Source of the DNA: an uncultured delta proteobacterium
GTDB taxonomy: Bacteria; Desulfobacterota; Binatia; HRBIN30; BPIQ01
Length of the DNA: 64,000 nucleotides
Direction: 5' to 3'
NCBI GenBank assembly: GCA_963761335.1
Contig: CAVXGR010000004.1
Location: 32,001-96,000, forward strand
Shown: positions 9,357 to 18,273 of the stretch, in pieces
Layout of the letters: every line of letters begins with the position of its first letter
Position numbering within the stretch: position 1 is the first letter of the stretch
Position numbers and translations under genes: made by a program
The notes under the pieces: generated by a model
The model's database searches: none
What the model was told of the DNA's origin: nothing
The model's input: only the letters and a program-made list of their open reading frames with translations

Positions 9357-9845
9357 CTTCGAAAATCTGTTGGGTGAGGGTCTGTCGGAGCCTCTGCACT
9401 TGGTGTGGGGCTCATCGCCCCAGAGGGTCTGTCGGAGCCCCGGCGCTTGGCGTGGAGGCTTATCGCCCCGCAGGGGCGCAGGCATGTAGCCCCGGAGGTG
9501 TTAACCCGGGGCCCGCGTTCCGATTGGCCCAGATCAGCGCCCCGCAGGGGCGCAGGCGTAGAGGCCGCGTGAATCACGTCGATGAGCGTCCCACGCACCC
9601 GGCGGTGATCATCGGCGCACAGGCGTGACATCGACGAAAACTTGCCCGCGCCCCTGGCGGGGCGCCCCTGGCGGGGCGCGCCTGACGGAGCGCGCATTCT
9701 TCCCCGGGTTGCACCCGGGGCTACACGCCACCGCCCCTCCGGGGCGAACTTCAGCCGGGCGAGGACCTCCAAGTCTCTTGCCGGCGCCGATCCCCAGCCT
9801 CATTTTCATCGTCTATTGGTGAGCCGTAAGGCTCATGACGCACTG
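9357..9845 (+). mobile_element. Non-autonomous REP-carrying element, array unit 3
   Basis: Same ends and GTAG-CCCCGG cargo as unit 1; followed by TCCCC, which completes the host REP arm. Confidence 0.8.
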
Positions 9846-9894
9846 TCCCCGTGACTTGCGCCGTTGCGCCGTTGGCGTCACACTTGCCGCGGCC

Positions 9895-11247
9895 ATGGTG
9901 GAGGGCGTCAAACCGAGGAAGCCGGCGAAGGCAGCGCCTGTGGATCTCACGCGCGGCCGAGCCCGCCGCGTCATCAAGGTCGGCACCCTCACCACCTCCA
10001 TCGGCAGCAGCTATATCTGGCAGGCCCTGAAGAGCCCCTTTCAGTCGAAGGACCGCCACAGCAAGGAGCTGCTGGATACCCACATCCGCAACGCCATGCG
10101 CATCGTCGAGCGATCCAAGGAGCTCAAGGGCGCCTTCATGAAGCTCGTGCAGATTCTCTCGATGCGCGACGACATTCTTCCGCCCGAGGCGCTCGAGGTC
10201 CTGTCGGTGGTGCAGTCGAACGTGCCGCCGATGCCGTATTCCGCCATCCGCAAGCAGGTGGAGCGCGAGCTCGGCGCGCCGCCGGAGAAGCTGTTCGCGT
10301 CCTTCGACACGGAGGCCTTCGCCGCCGCCTCGCTCGGCCAGGTGCACAAGGCGCACTTGAAGAGCGGCGAGGAGGTGGTCGTCAAGGTCCAGTATCCAGG
10401 CGTCGAGGAGACGGTGCAGCAGGACCTCAAGAACGTGAAGGCGCTGCTGCACACCTTCACGCTGCTCGGCCGCGACGTCATGCGCCAGCGCATCGATCAG
10501 ACCGAGGTCTACCAGGAGCTCGAGGAGCGCCTGCACGAGGAGCTCGATTACGTCAACGAAGCGAAGAACATTGCCCTCTTTCAGGGGATGTTTCGCGACG
10601 ACGACGAGGTGATGATTCCCAAAGTATACCCGGAGGTGTCGTCCCGCCGCGTCCTCACCATGAGTCTGCTCGAGGGCTACCGCTTCGCGGAGATCCTCGG
10701 GCCGGGAGTGGAGCAGTCACTCAAGGACTGGGTGGCGATCAAGTACTTTCGGGTGCTCTGGCGGCAGGTGTTCGAGTTTGGTGTGCTGCACACCGATCCG
10801 CATCCCGGCAACTATCTGGTGACCTATCACCCGAAGCTGGCGATCCTCGACTTCGGCTCGATCCGCATCTTTCCCGACGCCATCCGCAAGGCGTATCACG
10901 GCTTGGCGAAGGCGATCCTGGCGCGGAACGAGGCGGCGATGGCCGACTGCTTCGTGCGCCTCGGCTTCATGGAGAACGGAGACGACCCGAAGCCGTTGAT
11001 CCGCATCATGGAGATCATCTTCGAGCCGGTGCTCACCGATCGGGTCTACGACCCGCGCGACTTCAAGACCTTCGAGAAGGCGATGGAGGTCGCCACCATC
11101 GGCGTCGAGAACCGCATCTTCAAGGCCCCCGGCCATCGCGTCTTCCTCGCCCGCGCCCTGATCGGCCTCGACGCCTACGTGAAGCAGTTCGGCACCGTGA
11201 CCAACTGGCACCGCATTTTCAAGGAGTGTGTCGGGGGGGCAGGTTAG
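9895..11247 (+). CDS. ABC1/UbiB (AarF) family atypical kinase
   Basis: KGAFMKLVQ, AAASLGQVHKA, VVVKVQYPG, ELDYVNEA, HTDPHPGN, LDFG. Confidence 0.93.
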   Translation: MVEGVKPRKPAKAAPVDLTRGRARRVIKVGTLTTSIGSSYIWQALKSPFQSKDRHSKELLDTHIRNAMRIVERSKELKGAFMKLVQILSMRDDILPPEALEVLSVVQSNVPPMPYSAIRKQVERELGAPPEKLFASFDTEAFAAASLGQVHKAHLKSGEEVVVKVQYPGVEETVQQDLKNVKALLHTFTLLGRDVMRQRIDQTEVYQELEERLHEELDYVNEAKNIALFQGMFRDDDEVMIPKVYPEVSSRRVLTMSLLEGYRFAEILGPGVEQSLKDWVAIKYFRVLWRQVFEFGVLHTDPHPGNYLVTYHPKLAILDFGSIRIFPDAIRKAYHGLAKAILARNEAAMADCFVRLGFMENGDDPKPLIRIMEIIFEPVLTDRVYDPRDFKTFEKAMEVATIGVENRIFKAPGHRVFLARALIGLDAYVKQFGTVTNWHRIFKECVGGAG

Positions 11248-11350
11248 GTTGTTGAGTTGTTAGGTTGTTAGGTGTTCAAGTTGGATTCCATGCCTCGTTC
11301 TTCCCAACAACCCAACAACCAACAACCCAACAACCAACAACTTAACAACT
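11243..11350. repeat. GTTGTTAG / CAACAAC inverted short-repeat array between convergent genes
   Basis: GT-rich arm at about 11243-11275 and CA-rich arm at about 11305-11348. Confidence 0.85.
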
Positions 11351-13178
11351 ATCTCCCGTAGCATTCGGCGACGGCCAGCTCCTTCCCCGCCTTCACCTTG
11401 CGGTACTTCTCGAGGAAGGATTCGTCGATCAGGCGCAGCATCCTGCGGGTTTTCGAGCGGCGGTAGCGCTGCAGCTGGCCGGGGCCACCGTTGTAGGCGG
11501 CGTAGGTGGCGCGGGCGAGATTGTCGAGGTTGCCGGTCTTGCTGTGCTCGCCGCGGGCGATGGCGTAGTCCTTGAAATAGTGCATGAGGATCTCGCTGCC
11601 GGCGCGGGCGTTGTAGGTGATGTCCTGCTGCAGCGATTTGACGTCGTAGAAGCCGCGCCACACCCGCTGGTTGACCTGCATCAGCCCGACCGAGCCGACG
11701 GCCGACTTGATCGGCTGGATCCGGTTGCCGACCTTGATGAACTGCCTCCAGCAGCTCTCCTGCCAGGCGGTAGCGAGCACCAGCCAGCGATAGATGGGCT
11801 CGAACTTGTCGTCGAGCTCGGCGCCGTTCATGGTCTTGGCAGCGGTCTGCAGCAGCAGGCTGCGGACGAGGGGGAGATAGGTGTCGATCTCGTCCAGTGA
11901 CGGCACCCAGTGGTTCAGGCGCGCGAACTCGTTCGGCGCCTCCTTCGCGGCCCAAGCGATGCCAGGGCTCCACCAGTGGCTCAGGTCGACGTCGGGGTTG
12001 TCTTCCGAGACCGGCAGCGGCGGTCCGAAGCCGAAGATACGGCGCAGCTCCGGATCGACGGCGTAGTCGAAGGCCAGCGGGTCGGCCGTCTCCGCGGGGG
12101 CGATGATGCGGGCGAGCCGCCGTAGGCCGTCGGCGGAGATCTCGACGCCGATCTCGGGCCCGAGCTGGTCGAGCGCCTCCAGCGCGTCTCCCGCGGCCAC
12201 CAAGCTGAGGTACTGCAATGCCTGCTCGCCGGGCAGGCCGGTCGACAGTTGGCGCAACACCGGCGCCAGGCGCTCCCAGGTCTTGAGGAACAGCGGCGGC
12301 ATCGGGTCCGGCCCCCCGGGGGCCGATGGCGCCAGCGCCTCGAGGAGGTCGTAACGCCCTTCGACGAGGACGTCGAAGAGCTGCTGCCGCAGGGCTTCGA
12401 GGCCAGTGTCGCCGCCGGCATGCTTGATGACGAAGGTGAGGAAGGCGTCCCACTGGCGCAGCGCCGTGTCCCAGCGTTCCAGCTCCTCTGCCGTGAGTGT
12501 CGGCTCGGGGGCGGGAGAGACGGCGGCGGCCGGAGTCGCTGCTTCGGCGATCTCGAACTGCATGGTCGCCGCGACGCCATCGTCGGTGACCTCGACGCTG
12601 GAGAGGCGCAGGGTGTCGGTGAGCTGCTGAATGCGGGCGACGTCCGCGGAGGAGATCACGGCTCCCAGCATGCCGCGCAGATCGGCCGCCGCCTGGTGCA
12701 GGTCGAAGCGAACCGTCTCCAGGCGCGGGTGGACATAGCGCTTCACCCAGTCCCACAGCGTTCCGGTGGCGAAGCCTTTCTTCCAGTCGCGGCCGTAGAT
12801 GTTGGAGTCGACGACACGGAAGCTGACCACCGCCGCCTGCGGGTCGAGAACCGGCTCCTCGAAGACCTCCACGTATCCCTTCCAGCTCACCGGGCTGATG
12901 CACGTCGAGCCCAGCGCCGTGCCGATGCGGGCTTCGCCGGCGCTGACGATTCGGATGCGGCCGGCGCCGCTGTTGACCTGTGGATCGGAGAGGACGAAGT
13001 AGTTGCAGCCACTGCCGTCATCCCACAGCACCGCCGTCTGGTTCGGATCCGTGTAGACCTGGGAGAGCAGGGCACGGCGAATGAAGGCGTTGTCGAGCCG
13101 CATCGGCACCGACACCTCGCGCGCCGTGGCAGTGGTGGCGAAAGCCAGCAGCAGGAGGGCGACGGCGGCTCGGGTCAC
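11349..13178 (-). CDS. Secreted protein with a C-terminal lytic transglycosylase (SLT-like) domain
   Basis: Signal peptide; ATAWQES, GSVGLMQVN and AAYNGGPG motifs. Confidence 0.8.
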   Translation of the reverse strand: MTRAAVALLLLAFATTATAREVSVPMRLDNAFIRRALLSQVYTDPNQTAVLWDDGSGCNYFVLSDPQVNSGAGRIRIVSAGEARIGTALGSTCISPVSWKGYVEVFEEPVLDPQAAVVSFRVVDSNIYGRDWKKGFATGTLWDWVKRYVHPRLETVRFDLHQAAADLRGMLGAVISSADVARIQQLTDTLRLSSVEVTDDGVAATMQFEIAEAATPAAAVSPAPEPTLTAEELERWDTALRQWDAFLTFVIKHAGGDTGLEALRQQLFDVLVEGRYDLLEALAPSAPGGPDPMPPLFLKTWERLAPVLRQLSTGLPGEQALQYLSLVAAGDALEALDQLGPEIGVEISADGLRRLARIIAPAETADPLAFDYAVDPELRRIFGFGPPLPVSEDNPDVDLSHWWSPGIAWAAKEAPNEFARLNHWVPSLDEIDTYLPLVRSLLLQTAAKTMNGAELDDKFEPIYRWLVLATAWQESCWRQFIKVGNRIQPIKSAVGSVGLMQVNQRVWRGFYDVKSLQQDITYNARAGSEILMHYFKDYAIARGEHSKTGNLDNLARATYAAYNGGPGQLQRYRRSKTRRMLRLIDESFLEKYRKVKAGKELAVAECYGR

Positions 13179-13651
13179 GTGGGGCGTCTCGCCAGATCGG
13201 TGCGGAACATCGACGTCTTCAACCTCCGCCGTCCGTACTCCGGGCAGCGCATGACCGGGATGTCGAAGCCGCTGCGACGGAGGATCTCCTCCCAGGCGGC
13301 GCTCTGGTCATGGCCGAGGACGATGAGGTCCGGGCGGGCACGGCGGATGGAGCGGGTGAAGTCGGCGGCCTGGCCGACGAAGGCTTCGTCCACCTGCCGC
13401 AGAGAGCCGACGAGCTTCTTGCGCTCCTCCTGCCTGTGCAGCGGCGATCGGCCCTTGATGCGCCGCACGCTCTCGTCGCGCGCAATCGTGACCGACAGAT
13501 GCACGCCCTTGCGGCCGAGCTTGCGCGCCAGCCGGGTGGCTTGCTTGCGCGCAAACTCGAACAGGAACAGGTGGCCGGCATGCAGGCCGTCGAAGGTGCC
13601 GCCGACGAAGACGCGCACCGGTCCGGAGGAGGCGTTCGACTCTTGGCTCAT
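13175..13651 (-). CDS. Cytidylyltransferase-family protein (RibL/archaeal-type FAD synthetase-like)
   Basis: GGTFDGLHAGH (HIGH-like), ARDESV..IKG, QEER, PDLIVLGHDQ. Confidence 0.8.
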   Translation of the reverse strand: MSQESNASSGPVRVFVGGTFDGLHAGHLFLFEFARKQATRLARKLGRKGVHLSVTIARDESVRRIKGRSPLHRQEERKKLVGSLRQVDEAFVGQAADFTRSIRRARPDLIVLGHDQSAAWEEILRRSGFDIPVMRCPEYGRRRLKTSMFRTDLARRPT

Positions 13652-14901
13652 GAACGGGCTCGTTTCAGGTGCAGGGTGAAGGTCGACCCCTCTCCCGGAC
13701 GGCTGGCCACGGCGATCGATCCTCCCATCAGCGCCGCCAGCCGCGACGACAGCGACAGGCCGAGGCCGGCACCGGTGACGTCGCCGCGCAAGCTGCCGCG
13801 GAAGAATGGGCGGAAGATGTCCTGGAGCTCGGCTTCGGGTATTCCGACTCCGGTGTCCTGCACGGAGATGTCGACCTCGTCGTCCGCCTCGGCCGCGCAC
13901 AGGACGATCTCTCCCACTGCCGTGTACTTGGCGGCGTTGCCGATCAGGTTGAGGAGGACCTGCCGCAGTCGCTCGGTGTCGGCCTGGACACGGATGCCGT
14001 CGTCGAGAGAAGAGCGGAAGCGAATCGGCCGATCGCGCAGGAGAGACTCGGCGAGGTTGTTCATTTCGTCGAAGAGCGTGGAGAGCGGCACCGACTTCAT
14101 ATCTACCCTCAGACGGCCGGCTTCAACCCTGGAAAGATCGATCAGGTCGTTGATCAGGTGCAGTAGCTGCTGGGCGCTGTGGTCGACGCGTCGCAGCGGC
14201 TCGCGCATCGGCGGTGGCAGCTCGCCGAAGTTGTTGTCGAGCAGCAAGTCGGTGTAGCCGATGATGATGTTGAGTGGCGTTCGCAGCTCGTGGGAGACTC
14301 CGGCGATGAAGTCATTGCGCAGCCGCGAGCTCTCCATCAGCGCCGCGTTGGCGGTTTGCAGCGCCTGTGCCTGCGTGAAGATGCTGCGCCGGTAGTGGTC
14401 GAGGAAATAGGCGCCCATCACCGAGACCGAGCCGATGGCGGCGAGACCGATGAGCGCCATGCCGGCCGAGATGGGCGCGTGCACGCCGGCGGCAACGGCG
14501 AGGCCGTAGGCGAAGAGCGCCGTGGCGGCCACCGGCAGCTGACCGCGCACGCCCCAGGGCAGGGCCACCGTCGTGCCGATGACCAGATACGCGAGCGCCA
14601 TGGCGAGGATCTCGGCTTCGCCGTAGACGGCGATGTGATAGACGGCGATCAGACAGCAGAGCACCGATATGGCGACGGTGGCGATCGGTACCGTCGCCGA
14701 CTTCCAGCGGCGCATCGCCAGAATACTGGCGCCGATCACCAGCGCCTGCGCCAGCAGTATGACGGCGAAGACGAGATCGCGTCCGGAGTGGGCGTAGTGC
14801 TCGATCACTCCCGCGACCGCCATCACGATCAGGAAAACCGCGGAGGCGTAGATCATCCGGCTCCGCGTCAGCCGGGCCGTCTCTTCCGCGAAGTCCGTCA
14901 T
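13648..14901 (-). CDS. Membrane sensor histidine kinase
   Basis: About 6 TM segments; H-box VSHELRTPLN, N-box NLIGNAAKYT, DTGVGI, GAGLGL. No cognate regulator is adjacent. Confidence 0.93.
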   Translation of the reverse strand: MTDFAEETARLTRSRMIYASAVFLIVMAVAGVIEHYAHSGRDLVFAVILLAQALVIGASILAMRRWKSATVPIATVAISVLCCLIAVYHIAVYGEAEILAMALAYLVIGTTVALPWGVRGQLPVAATALFAYGLAVAAGVHAPISAGMALIGLAAIGSVSVMGAYFLDHYRRSIFTQAQALQTANAALMESSRLRNDFIAGVSHELRTPLNIIIGYTDLLLDNNFGELPPPMREPLRRVDHSAQQLLHLINDLIDLSRVEAGRLRVDMKSVPLSTLFDEMNNLAESLLRDRPIRFRSSLDDGIRVQADTERLRQVLLNLIGNAAKYTAVGEIVLCAAEADDEVDISVQDTGVGIPEAELQDIFRPFFRGSLRGDVTGAGLGLSLSSRLAALMGGSIAVASRPGEGSTFTLHLKRARS

Positions 14902-15047
14902 CACCGCCGGTGGCCCGTCATTGAGACATCGTGTCGCCGAATGGCGTCGTAATCGGTCTATCCACGGTGTAGAACGCTATAGCGCAGCATTTGACGGAGG
15001 GCGACCCCGTAACGGAGGGCGACCCCGGGGGGGCGCGGCAGAGAGCG

Positions 15048-15938
15048 ATGCGGCCAGCGATCATCGTACACGGGGGAGTCGGCCCGACCGGCGCCGCCGA
15101 CGTGGGGGAGCGCCAGGAGGCCCTGCGGCGCGCCGCGGCGCGCGGCTGGGAGGCCATTGGTTTCGGGGGCAGCGCCCTCGATGCCGCCGTCGAAGCAGTG
15201 GTGGTGATGGAGAACGATCCCCACCTCAACGCCGGCCTCGGCTCGGTGTTGACCTCCGCCGGTACAGTGGAGATGGACGCCTCGGTCATGGCCGGCGCCG
15301 GACTCGAGGCAGGCGCCGTGGCGGCCGTGCAGGGTGTGGCGAACCCCGTGCTCCTGGCGCGCGCCGTGCTGGAGCGTTCGCCGCACGTGCTCGTCGCCGG
15401 CCCGGAGGCGCGGCGTTGCGCCGAGGAGTGGGGGATCGCCGTGTGCTCCCCGGAGCGCCTGATCACCGACGAGCAGCGCCGCCGCTGGCGGCAGCGGAGC
15501 GCCGGCGGTGGTGGCAACACCGTGGGTGCGGTGGTCGTGGACGGCAGCGGGCATGTGGCGGCGGCCACCTCCACGGGTGGCATCTTCTATAAACGTCCGG
15601 GCCGCGTCGGCGACTCCGCCGTCATCGGCGCCGGGACCTATGCCGACGACCGCGGCGGCGCCGCCTCCGCCACCGGAATGGGCGAGGCGATCATCCGCGC
15701 CGTCCTCGCCAAGGCAGCGATCGACGGCATGCGCGATGGCATCGAGCCGCGGCACGCCGCCGAGAAGGCCGTGGCGGAGCTCTCGCGGCGGGTAGGTGGC
15801 GGCGTCGGTCTGATCGCCGTCGATCCCTTCGGCCGCGTCGGCTTCGCCGTCAACGACGGACGCATGCCGGTGGCGCTGATGACCTGGGGAATGACGGCAC
15901 CGGAGCTGCGCGTTGCCGATTCGGGGACCCTGCGCTAG
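15048..15938 (+). CDS. Isoaspartyl peptidase / L-asparaginase (Ntn hydrolase)
   Basis: IIVHGG, NAGLGS, EMDASVM, NTVGAV (autoproteolytic Thr), ATSTGG, GRVGDS. Confidence 0.92.
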   Translation: MRPAIIVHGGVGPTGAADVGERQEALRRAAARGWEAIGFGGSALDAAVEAVVVMENDPHLNAGLGSVLTSAGTVEMDASVMAGAGLEAGAVAAVQGVANPVLLARAVLERSPHVLVAGPEARRCAEEWGIAVCSPERLITDEQRRRWRQRSAGGGGNTVGAVVVDGSGHVAAATSTGGIFYKRPGRVGDSAVIGAGTYADDRGGAASATGMGEAIIRAVLAKAAIDGMRDGIEPRHAAEKAVAELSRRVGGGVGLIAVDPFGRVGFAVNDGRMPVALMTWGMTAPELRVADSGTLR

Positions 15939-15966
15939 GTTGACGCCTGGCGTTGCAGCTGCGGTC

Positions 15967-16725
15967 ATGACGGAAGAAGTGGTCGACATCGGTTTCCAGA
16001 ACCCGATGCAGCGCCTCTGGGGGGCTCTGGCCGATCTGGCCATCGGCGCCTACACGATCCTGCTCGGTGGCACCTGCATCCTGCTCATGCTGGTCACGCG
16101 CAAGGGCTGGCCCGCGGACGTGCTCGGCAAGATCTGGTGCCGTTGGATCGTCAACAGCTGCGGCATCCAGATCGAGGTGGACGGCCTGCAGAACATCGAC
16201 CCCGGTGGTCGCTACGTGCTGATCTCCAATCACCTGAGCAACTTCGACATCTGGTGCACGATTGCCGCGCTGCCGGTGACCATTCGCTTCGTCGCCAAGA
16301 AGGAGCTTCTGCGGATTCCGGTGTTCGGTCAGGCTCTGCGCCTCAGCAATCACATCGTCATCGATCGCAGCAAGGGGGAGGAGGCGGTGGAGGCCATCAA
16401 CCGCAGCGCCGCCGGCGGCCTCGACTCCGGCTTCTGCATCCTCTTCTACGGCGAGGGCACGCGCAGCCCCGACGGCAGGGTGCATCTCTTCAAGAAGGGC
16501 GGCGTGGTGCTGGCGCTGCGCACCGGGCTGCCGATCATTCCCGTCAGCATCAGCGGCACGCGCAAGTTTCTGCCCAAGCGCTCCCTGGTCATCCGCCCGG
16601 GCGGCCGCGTGCGCATCGTCCTCGGCAAACCGATCGAGACCAAGGGCATCTCCCTCGAGCAGCGCGACGAGCTGAACGAGAAGGTGCGCGAGCAGGTGAT
16701 CCGCGGCTACATCGAGGATTTCTGA
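15967..16725 (+). CDS. plsC: 1-acyl-sn-glycerol-3-phosphate acyltransferase
   Basis: NHLSNFD (HX4D), FVAKKEL, EGTRS, FKKG. Confidence 0.88.
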   Translation: MTEEVVDIGFQNPMQRLWGALADLAIGAYTILLGGTCILLMLVTRKGWPADVLGKIWCRWIVNSCGIQIEVDGLQNIDPGGRYVLISNHLSNFDIWCTIAALPVTIRFVAKKELLRIPVFGQALRLSNHIVIDRSKGEEAVEAINRSAAGGLDSGFCILFYGEGTRSPDGRVHLFKKGGVVLALRTGLPIIPVSISGTRKFLPKRSLVIRPGGRVRIVLGKPIETKGISLEQRDELNEKVREQVIRGYIEDF

Positions 16726-16748
16726 AGGGCCGCGGCTCGTTCCCGCAT

Positions 16749-16820
16749 GGGGACAGGCAACTTTTGCGCTGACGTCGGCGAATAGCGCCAGGGCGACGGC
16801 GGCAAAAGTTGCCTGTCCCC
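16749..16820. repeat. Intact GGGGACAGGC-family REP hairpin
   Basis: GGGGACAGGCAACTTTTGC ... GCAAAAGTTGCCTGTCCCC inverted arms between convergent genes. Confidence 0.9.
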
Positions 16821-16823
16821 GTT

Positions 16824-17795
16824 CTAGTTGCGCAGGGCGCCGCGGATGAGCGGGTGATCGGTGAGGCCGAGACCTTCGAGGATCTCGGGGGCGAGCAGGC
16901 CGACGCGCCGGGCGCTCTTCAGAAGATGCGGGACGCGCTTGCCGGCGGCGGCTGCGGCCAGCTCGGCATCGTTGATGGCCCGTTGCTCGCGCAGCATCTG
17001 CGGTGCCAGATCTTCGGCATCATCGACACCGGCCTCGCGGAGCCGGTGCACCAGGCGGGTCAGCATGATCGGCCCCGGCCGGTCGGTGACCACGGCGAGG
17101 ATCTGCCCCAGCCAGCGCCGCGCGAAGGCGAGGCGCTCGTCGAGTGAGTGCTGCTTCATCCACTCGTCGACGTAGAGAATTCCGAAGCCCATGTGGCGGC
17201 TCTCGTCGCGGGTGATCAAGGAGATGATGCGCTGCAGGAGCGGGTTGGTGGCGTTCTCCTCAATCCCCTCGAAGATGTTCATCGCCAGGCTCTCGAGAAA
17301 GAACTGCTCGGTGGCGATCAGGTCGAGCGGCTCGCGGAGCGCGAGGACCGAGTCGAACATCATCTCGGTGCCGAAATCGATGTCCTCCACCTGCTCGTTC
17401 ATCTTCTCGATGAAACGCCGGTAGGCGAGATGGTGGCGGGCCTCGTCCATCGCCTGCGCCGCGGCGTGATTGCGATAGTCCTCTTGGCGCACGGCGAGGG
17501 CGATGCGGGCACAGACGTCCTGCGCCACGCTCTCGCCGACCTGCAGGACATTGAGAATGCGTCCCAGTCCGCGGCGCGTGGCGTACACCTTGGCCGCCTC
17601 GGGTAGGCGGCGGAAGGTCTCCGTCTGTCCGAAGGCGCTCCACTCGTGCCGCACCAGCGGATCGTCGGCGGCGACCGCCTGGGTCCAGTCGACATCCCGC
17701 TCGAAGTCCCAGTCGGCGGAGTGCGCCTTGGCAAACAGGGCGTTGATCCCGGCGTGGCCGCTGTTCTCGAGGTGCAGCAGTTCCCGCGTTCGCAT
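16824..17795 (-). CDS. Ferritin-like diiron protein (AurF/desaturase-like)
   Basis: Ligand pattern GE...DEARH...FFLE...RDESRH. Confidence 0.75.
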   Translation of the reverse strand: MRTRELLHLENSGHAGINALFAKAHSADWDFERDVDWTQAVAADDPLVRHEWSAFGQTETFRRLPEAAKVYATRRGLGRILNVLQVGESVAQDVCARIALAVRQEDYRNHAAAQAMDEARHHLAYRRFIEKMNEQVEDIDFGTEMMFDSVLALREPLDLIATEQFFLESLAMNIFEGIEENATNPLLQRIISLITRDESRHMGFGILYVDEWMKQHSLDERLAFARRWLGQILAVVTDRPGPIMLTRLVHRLREAGVDDAEDLAPQMLREQRAINDAELAAAAAGKRVPHLLKSARRVGLLAPEILEGLGLTDHPLIRGALRN

Positions 17796-17915
17796 GGTCC
17801 CCCCTTCGCCGGTCGTCTCCGGCACTTCCGCAGGCTTACACGCGGGAATGCCTATGGCAATTCCGCTGCGGGGAGGCGGGGGATCTCCGCGCCCCCAGGG
17901 GACGCGGAGTGCGGC

Positions 17916-18149
17916 TCAGATCAGCTCTTTCCACCAGGGAGCGCCGGCCTGCCGGTACTTCCCTGCGTCGATGCCCTGCTGGCGCGGGGCCGGCTTCGGC
18001 GCCGATGCCTTCGCGGGAGACTTCTTCGCCGGCGTCTTTGCCGCGGCGCGGCCGGTGCTCTTCGCCGCTGGCGGCTTCTTCGCGGTCTTCGTCTTCGGCT
18101 TCGTCTTAGTCTTCGTCTTCGGCTTCGCTTGCACTTTCTTCTTTGCCAC
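17916..18149 (-). CDS. Small Lys/Ala/Pro-rich basic (histone H1-like) protein
   Basis: GTG start after a GGAG; AKKKVQAKPKTKTKTKPKTKTAKKPPAAK...; C-terminus DAGKYRQAGAPWWKELI. Confidence 0.6.
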   Translation of the reverse strand: MAKKKVQAKPKTKTKTKPKTKTAKKPPAAKSTGRAAAKTPAKKSPAKASAPKPAPRQQGIDAGKYRQAGAPWWKELI

Positions 18150-18273
18150 TGCTTCGACTCCTTCTCCGTTCGCCGAGGACCTCTGGGGAATCTCGGGAGC
18201 CTGCTTCAATCACGACTGACGCGCGGCTTCAAGTACGACTGGGAGCGCGAGGCCATGGCTCCCGCCCTCCGGG

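Noticed and set aside
8596..9845. CRISPR array or integron interpretation
   Set aside because: The intervening segments are 220-420 bp, partly homologous and made of REPs. There are no cas or intI genes and no GTTRRRY/RYYYAAC attC boxes at the junctions.
8475..9854. ORFs within the repeat array (e.g. 8609-9340, 8510-8938, 9344-9772) and similar ORFs at 22836-23217 and 38157-38759
   Set aside because: They are translations of palindromic non-coding DNA. Frames differ between copies and there are no transposase motifs.
14993..15026. Direct repeat ACGGAGGGCGACCCC x2 between the divergent kinase and asparaginase genes
   Set aside because: It occurs once and could be an operator or a simple duplication; there is not enough evidence to call it.
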